Origin: a virus
IMG/VR virus record: IMGVR_UViG_3300009124_000056
Location: 1 to 32,283 of that record
Direction: 5' to 3' (one strand)
Length of the DNA stretch: 32,283 bases
The notes under the pieces are model-generated. The model was given only the letters and a program-made list of their open reading frames with translations, had not been told where the DNA came from and did no database searches. Numbering within the stretch: the first letter of the stretch is position 1; each line of letters opens with the position of its first letter. A program made the translations under genes and the position numbers. This document shows positions 24,182-31,258 of this stretch, in pieces.

Positions 24182-25712
24182 TGGCCGTTAGCTGCTTGAA
24201 CTGTTTACTGAACTGGCTGTTGCGCGTAATGCTCCGCACCTCACCGGCACCCAGCATCAAATAGCCAAACGCATCGCCGACGTGCGAATGTTCATTCTTA
24301 TTCGGCGCATCCCGGAACCGCTCATACCCGGCACCAACGGCGACGCGCTTAAAGTGATAGCCGCCAGCCAGTGACTTGCGGGTGCGGGTGCATTTGCTGT
24401 TGACGATCAGCCCGGCCTTGCCGTCAACCATTCTATTCATCGGCATAGCACCTGCCTCGCGCCGCACCTTAAAGTCGTTGGTGCTAGTTGGCCGGGCATG
24501 TAAACCCATCGTCTTCAAATGCTCAAACGCGGTGACCTCAAATATCTCATCGCGCTTGACGCCTGCCGGGTCACCCCAGACCAACACGTCAGACTTTGGA
24601 AACATCGTCTGTATGTCAGCCAGCAAGTGATGGCAGAACCGCTCAAGCCCCATATCAAACGCCACCAACTCATGCACGACATTCCATCGCCCGTTCTGCA
24701 TTTTCTGCCCAAACACCGCCGCCGGGGTCAGGCCAAAGTCAAGGCCGATATGCACAGGCCAGCCGGGTTCTATCTCGACATCGCCGGACATGACGCTGTC
24801 ACTATACTCAGGCCAGACCGGCTTGCCGTCCTGCACATAGACATACTGCGCCCCGGCGTAGCACTGTATCCAGTCGAGCGTCTTACCGGCCAACTGCTGT
24901 TCGTAGTATCCGACTGGCAGATTGTTGACGTTCTCAGCCTTGGGATTGTTGAGCCAGTGCTTGCCAGCGGCAAACATAGCGTCCTCATGCTCAGCCGTAC
25001 CCTCGACCACGCCGCCGGGTTGCTTGTAAAACTTCCAAGGGTACTTGCCCCGGATAGGGTTTTTCTCCGCTAGGTTCGGCCACCAGTGGTCACTGTCCAT
25101 CGGGTTGGTTGACATCCACACGCCGCGCCAAGTGCAGCCAGCGTTGGCCTTAGTGGGGTAGCGTCCGACACGCGATGTCAGGCCGTCAACCACCGCCTTT
25201 GGCAGTTCTCGCGCCTCATCAATAAAGCCGCCGGTCAATTCCAGTGACAACAGCTTACGCACGTCGCGGGGCTGATCCAACGCCAGAAATATAACCTCGC
25301 AGTCGATGCCAGCGGCACCGTCACGGGGCGGTAGTTTTATGTGGTGCGTGATCGGCGGTGACCACCGCATCGGCCCCCACACATTCTCCGGGAAGATCTC
25401 TTGCCACGTCTTGATTGTGGTAGTCCGCAGTTCCGGGTAACTGTTTCGGATAACTGCAAATCGAGTATATCTGATCCCATCTATCGGCGAAGGCTCTTGC
25501 TTCACCGCCCGCAGCATCACTTCCGCCAATGAAGCAAACGTCTTGCCAGAGCCGACTGGCCCCATCAAGCCACGCACAAAACTGTCGTCGTTTAAAAATT
25601 GCCATACCGTCGGGCTTGTCTCAAAGTTAAGGTTTAGACCGGCAAGCGCCTCAGTCGTCGGCTGCTTGCGGCGGCGGGGTGATCTGTCAGTAGCACGTTG
25701 CGCCCTAGCCAT
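24159..25712 (-). CDS. terL: Terminase large subunit
   Basis: Walker A motif GPVGSGKTF, with an acidic Walker-B-like FIDEAREL. It is 517 aa from the ATG at 25712, which overlaps the upstream TGA (TGATG). Confidence 0.9.
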   Translation of the reverse strand: MARAQRATDRSPRRRKQPTTEALAGLNLNFETSPTVWQFLNDDSFVRGLMGPVGSGKTFASLAEVMLRAVKQEPSPIDGIRYTRFAVIRNSYPELRTTTIKTWQEIFPENVWGPMRWSPPITHHIKLPPRDGAAGIDCEVIFLALDQPRDVRKLLSLELTGGFIDEARELPKAVVDGLTSRVGRYPTKANAGCTWRGVWMSTNPMDSDHWWPNLAEKNPIRGKYPWKFYKQPGGVVEGTAEHEDAMFAAGKHWLNNPKAENVNNLPVGYYEQQLAGKTLDWIQCYAGAQYVYVQDGKPVWPEYSDSVMSGDVEIEPGWPVHIGLDFGLTPAAVFGQKMQNGRWNVVHELVAFDMGLERFCHHLLADIQTMFPKSDVLVWGDPAGVKRDEIFEVTAFEHLKTMGLHARPTSTNDFKVRREAGAMPMNRMVDGKAGLIVNSKCTRTRKSLAGGYHFKRVAVGAGYERFRDAPNKNEHSHVGDAFGYLMLGAGEVRSITRNSQFSKQFKQLTANADFEIF

Positions 25713-25927
25713 CAATCATTCTCCGGGCTAAAAATAATCGTCGTGACGTTCTCATACTCGCTGCTGTTGATCTCCAACATTACGCCCTCGCACGATGTGC
25801 AGACGACTTGCTCACTGCGGTCAGCCACCCGACCGTGGGTGTCAGAGCCACACCAGCCGCATATGACCTCAGTTTTAAAAAACCTGACCGACTGAAAATC
25901 CTTAATGTTAATCACTTCCGCTGTCAT
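25712..25927 (-). CDS. Small zinc-ribbon-like protein (71 aa) between terS and terL
   Basis: CGWC..(x21)..CTSC gives four Cys in two CxxC pairs. I prefer the ATG at 25927 to the TTG at 25936. Confidence 0.6.
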   Translation of the reverse strand: MTAEVINIKDFQSVRFFKTEVICGWCGSDTHGRVADRSEQVVCTSCEGVMLEINSSEYENVTTIIFSPEND

Positions 25928-26318
25928 CGCCGTCAATCTCCACTATGCTAGTCGTTGGCCCGGTAATGTTAATGCCGATCATGCTGGGCTTCTGATCCCC
26001 GGCATTCGGCTCCAGCAAGCCGCGATGCTTCGCCAGTAGTCGCAACGCCGACAACTTGTCGTGCATTTCAACCTCAATGCTGTTGCCAAACTGGTTGGGC
26101 GTGACCTTGACCTTCTTGACAGAGCGCTTGGCGCGATCCGACAACTGGTCACTGGGCGTCAGCGTCACACGCCCCATATCGTCCCACTGGATAACGTCAG
26201 TCGCCTCACCGGCACCAATGGCCTCTAACTCTTGCACAACAGCCTCGCGCCTAGCCTCATCGCTTGAGGCCAGTGCGGCGCGTTGCTGTCTAATCGTTGG
26301 CGTTTTGTTTCCTGACAT
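25908..26318 (-). CDS. terS: Terminase small subunit
   Basis: VEMHDKLSALRLLAKHRGLLEP matches the C-terminal signature I recall for Terminase_2-type small subunits. The ATG at 26318 has GGAG 7 nt upstream. Confidence 0.7.
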   Translation of the reverse strand: MSGNKTPTIRQQRAALASSDEARREAVVQELEAIGAGEATDVIQWDDMGRVTLTPSDQLSDRAKRSVKKVKVTPNQFGNSIEVEMHDKLSALRLLAKHRGLLEPNAGDQKPSMIGINITGPTTSIVEIDGDDSGSD

Positions 26319-26571
26319 GCAGGCACTCCGATCCTGTTGCGGCATAGCCAGCCAGATCCACCCAGCTATCCTGATGATCCGGCGTCGCCGACAGCCGCGC
26401 CAATTTGACCCCGGCCATCATCATCGCCACATGCTCCGGCTGAAACTCAATGCCAACCAGCGCCGTCCATATAACGGCGATGCGCTCGTGATTGTCCCAA
26501 ATACTACCATACTCTTCGCCGCGATCAGCTACGGTTTCTTTTGCGGCATCCAATAATTCATTGCGGTTCAT
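26290..26571 (-). CDS. Conserved phage protein (93 aa)
   Basis: AKETVADRGEEYGS..VAMMMAGVKLARL..DSWVDLAGYAA is a pattern I recall from a widespread phage DUF. The function is unknown. Confidence 0.6.
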   Translation of the reverse strand: MNRNELLDAAKETVADRGEEYGSIWDNHERIAVIWTALVGIEFQPEHVAMMMAGVKLARLSATPDHQDSWVDLAGYAATGSECLHVRKQNAND

Positions 26572-26741
26572 TCGCTTTCACCCTTTACGTCAATAATCTT
26601 TAGCTTGCAGGCGCAACACTCGTATTCAACTTTATGCGCCCATTCCCCTTTTAATTCAATCGTGCATCGGCAGCGGGGGCATTGACCGTTGTTCAATCGC
26701 CGCTGGAACGTGCCGTCGCCCTCATAAATGTGATCGTTCAT
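26568..26741 (-). CDS. Small zinc-ribbon protein (57 aa)
   Basis: This is the C-terminal part of track ORF 26568..26927. The ATG at 26741 has GGAG 6 nt upstream. MNDHIYEGDGTFQRRLNNGQCPRCRC..CCACKL. Confidence 0.55.
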   Translation of the reverse strand: MNDHIYEGDGTFQRRLNNGQCPRCRCTIELKGEWAHKVEYECCACKLKIIDVKGESE

Positions 26742-26976
26742 GCAAAACTCCATCGCCACCACAACGATAGCACAACGTCTTCTCGATGCAACCGTAGCCG
26801 TCTGGCTGCGTGATCCAACCGTCATCGCAGTCGGTGCAGGGTTTTGTGCGAAAATTTTGTGTGACACCCCCATATACGATAGTAGCGGGGCGGGGGGCAA
26901 GGGGTGCCTTTTTTTGTATGCACACACACAAATCTTGCGCTGTGCAAAAGCATACGTCGGTCTGTTCGTTGCACAT
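26722..26976 (-). CDS. Cys-rich protein with DnaJ-type CxxCxGxG zinc-finger repeats (84 aa)
   Basis: CTDCDDGW..(x13)..CYRCGGDG, plus an N-terminal CxxxxxxCxCxxxxxCxC cluster. The ATG overlaps the upstream TGA. Confidence 0.6.
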   Translation of the reverse strand: MCNEQTDVCFCTAQDLCVCIQKKAPLAPRPATIVYGGVTQNFRTKPCTDCDDGWITQPDGYGCIEKTLCYRCGGDGVLHERSHL

Positions 26977-27635
26977 CACAGCATGCCCCCTGCCACGTCG
27001 TACAGCGACGGCACCCCTGCCCTTCGCTCAATGGCTTGATCACACACGTTCAGCGTGGCTGCCCTCACGTCCGCCGCAGTAAAGCCAGCGACAGCCAGAC
27101 GCCGGGCGTGTGCTATCTCGTTATCATACAGCCGCACTTGCCCGGTGGCCTGCTGCACTGCCCGGATGTAGGCGTGAGCGATGGCGCTGGCTTCTGGTTG
27201 ATCGGTTGTGTGGGTGTTTAGTTGTCCATCCCCCATACCCCCTATTACATTTGCGGGTGCGTCATCATCGTCCTCGCGCACCTGCAATGGCTTGGCAATG
27301 TGTATCTCTTCGTATGTGGGCAACGGCTCGTCGCCATCCCACAGCACCTGATAGCGGTTGCTGTGCCATCCGCTGGCTGTCTCTTGATAGTCCTTGGGCG
27401 ATAGCTGCCGCACATACTTGCGCCGCTTCAGCACCTTCATAGCGTTATGTATCGTCACACGCTCAGCGTAGCCTGTGATCTCACACAGCGTCTGCATTGC
27501 AGGCCAGCACACGCCAGCCCTGTTGGCGAAGATGCACAGCGCACCAAGCACCCGCAACTCGCGTTCTTTCAACTGCCGGTCACCCGCTGCCCTCGCTGGC
27601 ATCACCGACCACTTCCTAAAATGGTATGTCGTCAT
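26976..27635 (-). CDS. Winged-HTH DNA-binding protein, putative replication initiator or organiser
   Basis: RELRVLGALCIFANRAGVCWPAMQTLCEITGYAERVTIHNAMKVLKRRKYV is a typical wHTH. It lies in the replication module. The ATG at 27635 overlaps the last 20 nt of the upstream gene. Confidence 0.55.
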   Translation of the reverse strand: MTTYHFRKWSVMPARAAGDRQLKERELRVLGALCIFANRAGVCWPAMQTLCEITGYAERVTIHNAMKVLKRRKYVRQLSPKDYQETASGWHSNRYQVLWDGDEPLPTYEEIHIAKPLQVREDDDDAPANVIGGMGDGQLNTHTTDQPEASAIAHAYIRAVQQATGQVRLYDNEIAHARRLAVAGFTAADVRAATLNVCDQAIERRAGVPSLYDVAGGML

Positions 27636-28173
27636 CAATCAAATCCTTTGTTGCTATGCTCTCAACTGCCGCACCCGGCCACATCTGTTTCGCCACATCC
27701 GTTATCTGACCGGCCTTGTCCTTGCGCCACTTGCCAATGATCACGGCCACCTCTTCGATGCTGTACACCACCATATCCCTGTTGTCCGCTGCCACCTTGC
27801 CAGCCTCATAACCATTGCGCGTGATCGCCAGCACCTTGCCATCATCCATCGGCGCTTCCCAATACTCGCCAGTCAGCGGCTTATGCCCCGCAGCCTTGGC
27901 CGCATTCACCATCGCCTCGACGCCTCGCAATGTGACCTCAACCTGATGCTCAACGTCTTGCATCTCATCAATGGCCTTGTTCAGCAAATCCATCTGCGCC
28001 TCGAACCTACCTCGCAGCGCCTCATCCACCAGCCACGGTAAACGATCCACGCCCCATTCAGCTTCGACTGCCCTGACCCTGCGATCATACTCATGCAGCG
28101 CATCCTGCTGACGACGCATCACTGCCTGACTAGGCGCATAGTGTTGCTTTGTTGGTTTCCTAACTCTTGCCAT
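27616..28173 (-). CDS. Replication-module protein of unknown fold (185 aa) ending in the SSB C-terminal tip motif DDDIPF
   Basis: Track ORF. I re-translated the last 8 codons by hand as TTG ATT GAT GAC GAC ATA CCA TTT TAG, which gives LIDDDIPF then stop. Confidence 0.75.
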   Translation of the reverse strand: MARVRKPTKQHYAPSQAVMRRQQDALHEYDRRVRAVEAEWGVDRLPWLVDEALRGRFEAQMDLLNKAIDEMQDVEHQVEVTLRGVEAMVNAAKAAGHKPLTGEYWEAPMDDGKVLAITRNGYEAGKVAADNRDMVVYSIEEVAVIIGKWRKDKAGQITDVAKQMWPGAAVESIATKDLIDDDIPF

Positions 28174-28197
28174 TACCTATACCCTCATGCCGGGGAC

Positions 28198-28301
28198 TAT
28201 GAGAAGAGATCCCCCTATAGTGGGGATCTCATCTCCGTCATATCCGGTCACCTGTCCGATTAGTATGAGATTAGTATGAGATTTACAGTTTATCATCTCA
28301 C
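28198..28301. promoter_or_regulatory. Repeat-rich intergenic element: perfect 9-bp hairpin, tandem 11-mers and five ATGAGAT-like 7-mers (candidate origin, operator or processing site)
   Basis: Hairpin GAGATCCCC-ctatagt-GGGGATCTC at 28206..28230. GATTAGTATGA occurs 2.4 times at 28258..28283. ATGAGAT-like motifs are direct at 28199, 28265 and 28276 and inverted at 28226 and 28295. Confidence 0.5.
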
Positions 28302-30110
28302 ATTCTCGCCTAACTCTTTGTTAATCCACACTTTGCCGCCATCATTGACGACAACGCCCTTCAATTGCAGTGCCGCACGGTCATCTGACCGCTTTCTGGA
28401 TGTCATATCTGGGCATTTTTGCTTGTGCAGATCGTTCCATCTGTCCGCTGACATCTGCGTCACCTCTGCATCAATCAGGCCATTCTGCAACGCCTGCAAC
28501 GCCAGCAATTGACCCGGCGTCAGCTTTGCACCGCGTTTCTTTTCTGCCGCCTCTACAGGCAATAGAACCGCACTGCTGCCATCAATCAATGCGACTGGCG
28601 TCAACTCATACTGCTCATCAGCTATTGGCTCTGCGTCCTTTTGCTTTTCCATTTTCAGCGTCACGCGCCCCTCACTGCTTGACAGTGCCAACACAGTATC
28701 GCTCAGACCCAACAGGGAACTGCTGCCTCGCATGCCCCTCGCAGCGTCCTTGCCAGAGTGATGAACGGCCAACACGGCACAGTCGGCGTGTCGCTGTATG
28801 ATGCCGCACATCTCGCCGAACTGACCCATAGCCGTAGCGTCGTTCTCATCTGACCCAGTCGCCGCCAGTGTCCGGGCAACCGTGTCAATGACAATCAGGC
28901 TGAAATCTTGCTTGAAGCTGTCGATAGTCCGCAGCAGCTTTTCCAGATCCGGCGGGTCAAGCAGCTTAACCGCCATCGGCAACACATAGAATGGCGCGTC
29001 GCCGTGGCTGTCGTTGTATTCTTGCCACGCTCTGATCCTGATCCCCAGACCACCCACACCCTCTGCTGCTATGTAAAGCACAGCGTTTTGCTTTGTAGCC
29101 CGGCTGTGCCACTGCCGCCCATACGCCACTGACAGCGCCCAGTCGATTGACAGGAACGATTTACCAATGCCCGGCGCACCATACAGCACAGAAAAGCCGT
29201 GCTTGGTCAGGACGCCATCCAGCAGCCATTCGACCGGCGGCATGTTCTTGAGGTATTCAATGCCAAAAGTCTCAAACACATCCGGCCTGTCAACCGGCTC
29301 CGCCTTGTCCGGCTCAGTCTCAATAGCTGGCGTCTCTTTGACTAGCGCCATCAATTCAGCCGGGCTGTGATCATTCAGCCAGTCGAACACGTCTTGCTTG
29401 TCAGTCAGCCCCGGCAGGCTCACGCGCTTGATGCGCTTCGCCAGCGGGTATAGCTGACTGACCACCACATCAGCGTGTGCCTGCCCGGCGTCGTCTGCGT
29501 CAGGCACGACAATGACATTGCGCCCCTCAAAATACTTATTGATCTCAGGCTTCCAGTTCTTTGCGCCGCCGTGGTTCGTCGTCGCCACCACGCCCAGATC
29601 ACTCAACCTGTCGGCACATTTTTCGCCCTCGACCACAAACAGTGGCGCGTCCGGGTTCAACATTATATCCGGCAGGTTGTATGGCACCGGCGTCACGCCA
29701 TCCATATTATACAGCCAGCCACCATTGCCATCAGGCCGCCGCTGTCTGAACGTCTTGGGCTCGAAGCGCTGCACCTGAAACACAACCTCACCGTCCTGAT
29801 CGATGTAGTCATACTGCCGCGCCAGATACTTGGCCGGTGTCAGCGTCTGCTGCACTCGCTTGGCTATGCCAAACTTCTTTTCCAATACGTCTGGGATGTT
29901 GCCATTGATGCTGGCAGGCTCGAACATGCGAACCAAGTCGATCACGCCGCCACCCACGCCGTTCTCATGATCAAACCAAGTGCCGCGCTTGCTCACACTA
30001 AATGAGCCGTGTGTCCCCCAGCGTAATTCATTCCCTTTTGACAGCTTGGCGTTCGGCTCACCCAAATAGTGACGTGCCACCTGTTCTATGTATGCTGCTA
30101 TATTTGTCAT
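28293..30110 (-). CDS. Bifunctional primase-helicase (TOPRIM domain plus RecA/DnaB-like NTPase)
   Basis: TOPRIM motifs FVVEGEKCAD and VIVVPDADDAGQ. Walker A YGAPGIGKS and Walker B LIVIDTVART. The ATG at 30110 has GAGGG 6 nt upstream. Confidence 0.85.
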   Translation of the reverse strand: MTNIAAYIEQVARHYLGEPNAKLSKGNELRWGTHGSFSVSKRGTWFDHENGVGGGVIDLVRMFEPASINGNIPDVLEKKFGIAKRVQQTLTPAKYLARQYDYIDQDGEVVFQVQRFEPKTFRQRRPDGNGGWLYNMDGVTPVPYNLPDIMLNPDAPLFVVEGEKCADRLSDLGVVATTNHGGAKNWKPEINKYFEGRNVIVVPDADDAGQAHADVVVSQLYPLAKRIKRVSLPGLTDKQDVFDWLNDHSPAELMALVKETPAIETEPDKAEPVDRPDVFETFGIEYLKNMPPVEWLLDGVLTKHGFSVLYGAPGIGKSFLSIDWALSVAYGRQWHSRATKQNAVLYIAAEGVGGLGIRIRAWQEYNDSHGDAPFYVLPMAVKLLDPPDLEKLLRTIDSFKQDFSLIVIDTVARTLAATGSDENDATAMGQFGEMCGIIQRHADCAVLAVHHSGKDAARGMRGSSSLLGLSDTVLALSSSEGRVTLKMEKQKDAEPIADEQYELTPVALIDGSSAVLLPVEAAEKKRGAKLTPGQLLALQALQNGLIDAEVTQMSADRWNDLHKQKCPDMTSRKRSDDRAALQLKGVVVNDGGKVWINKELGENVR

Positions 30111-30145
30111 CACTTACCCTCACTCCCTCATCCACCCGATAGACA

Positions 30146-30180
30146 CGTCCCGGCGGGACGGGAGGTTACCCGCCGGGACG
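30146..30180 (-). other. Perfect 12-bp GC-rich stem-loop between the SSB-like and primase-helicase genes
   Basis: Minus-strand RNA reads CGUCCCGGCGGG-UAACCUCCCGU-CCCGCCGGGACG. No U-tract follows it. Confidence 0.6.
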
Positions 30181-30189
30181 CTAACCGCA

Positions 30190-30819
30190 TCAGAACAAGT
30201 CTGCGCCTGCTGCTGCGGGTGGCACAGGCGGCGCTGGTTGCGCTGCTGCGGGTTCTGCTGGCGATGACGCGCCTTGCGTCATGCCCTCTGGACGCTCAAT
30301 CCAGCCGCTGATCGACCAGTTAGGCGAGCGGAAAGTCTGCGTACCTTGCGCCTTGGTTTCGATCTGGATGCGGTCACTGCCAGTGATCTCCACGACTGGC
30401 AGTTTGCCGGGGTTGTCGGCCTTGCCAGCCAAGAATGCGTCGTGCAGATCATTCATCTGATTACGCACAATCTTGCTGCTGCTGCTCATCTCACGCAGGC
30501 CGATCTCTTTGTTGTAGAGCCGGATGCGGAACCCCTCTTTGTGATCCGGCGATGGCTGTTGTGGCATTGGCTCGCCAACCTGCACCATACGAAAGTCAGG
30601 GCCAGATGTGGTAAACGCAATGAAGCCAACCTCAATCGCGTCGATGTCCATCACCACCTTGATGGGTGTTTCCATCTCAGTCTCGCTCTTTTCCCAAGTG
30701 CCATCAGGCGCTTGATGCCGATCCTGCCGGACGAATGAACCGTCCTTGGCTGAGTATTTAACAATCGGCAAGAAATCCCCGCCACCCGAACCTGTAGTCT
30801 CTGTAAAACCTAAAGCCAT
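30190..30819 (-). CDS. Putative ssDNA-binding-like protein (209 aa) with a Pro/Ala-rich linker and a C-terminal ..GADLF tip
   Basis: This is the internal ATG of track ORF 30190..30987, with GGAGAA 5 nt upstream, which avoids overlap with 30845..31258. The tail SSPAEPAAAQPAPPVPPAAAGADLF resembles a disordered SSB tail with an acidic/aromatic tip. The fold assignment is inference. Confidence 0.4.
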   Translation of the reverse strand: MALGFTETTGSGGGDFLPIVKYSAKDGSFVRQDRHQAPDGTWEKSETEMETPIKVVMDIDAIEVGFIAFTTSGPDFRMVQVGEPMPQQPSPDHKEGFRIRLYNKEIGLREMSSSSKIVRNQMNDLHDAFLAGKADNPGKLPVVEITGSDRIQIETKAQGTQTFRSPNWSISGWIERPEGMTQGASSPAEPAAAQPAPPVPPAAAGADLF

Positions 30820-30844
30820 TTCATTTCTCCATTGAACTTTAGAA

Positions 30845-31258
30845 CTACCGCAAAACGGTTGCGGCACCGACTGGGAAATAGGCACACACGTCTGCGTCTT
30901 GGGCATCGCCCCGGTCAGATCTGCCGCCCTTCCCCAATTCATAATCGCCAGAGAAATCAAACCTGACGATATTGTCTGTGTAAACATTTAATAGATAGCT
31001 GGGCAGGCCAGTGTGTTGCGTCAGCAGTCTCGCCTGCAACACTTTTGACAGGCTTACCATCGCCGTTGGGTATTTGTACATCGTGCATGTGCGGTGCTTG
31101 ACCTCAACAAACGCCTTCGGCTGGCCGTCCTTCGACACTAAAAAGTCCAGCCGGTATTGCAGCGGCAGCTTGTAAAAGTCGTAGCCGTGCGCGGCGAATG
31201 CCTCAGCCAGCGCGTGTTCTTTGACCCGGTCAGCGTCTGTCTCATACATCTTACGCAT
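30845..31258 (-). CDS. PD-(D/E)XK nuclease, possibly T7 endonuclease-I-like
   Basis: YRLDFLVSKDGQPKAFVEVKHR compares with T7 endonuclease I YTPDFLLPNGIFVETKG (from memory). It is 137 aa. Confidence 0.5.
   Translation of the reverse strand: MRKMYETDADRVKEHALAEAFAAHGYDFYKLPLQYRLDFLVSKDGQPKAFVEVKHRTCTMYKYPTAMVSLSKVLQARLLTQHTGLPSYLLNVYTDNIVRFDFSGDYELGKGGRSDRGDAQDADVCAYFPVGAATVLR

Noticed and set aside
24519-25073. 184-aa plus-strand ORF inside terL, plus similar ORFs at 27475..28041 and 29475..30005
   Set aside because: All are antisense to genes with strong motifs (terminase, replication proteins, primase-helicase). Their translations are His/Arg/Leu-rich and low in information, with no start context.
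26568-26927. Full 119-aa version of the zinc-ribbon ORF
   Set aside because: Its N-terminal 62 codons overlap the better-supported DnaJ-type zinc-finger ORF (26722..26976) and look non-protein-like. An internal ATG at 26741 has a GGAG RBS.
30190-30987. Full 265-aa version of the SSB-like ORF
   Set aside because: The first 56 codons overlap the upstream nuclease gene by 143 nt. An internal ATG at 30819 has a GGAGAA RBS and removes the overlap.
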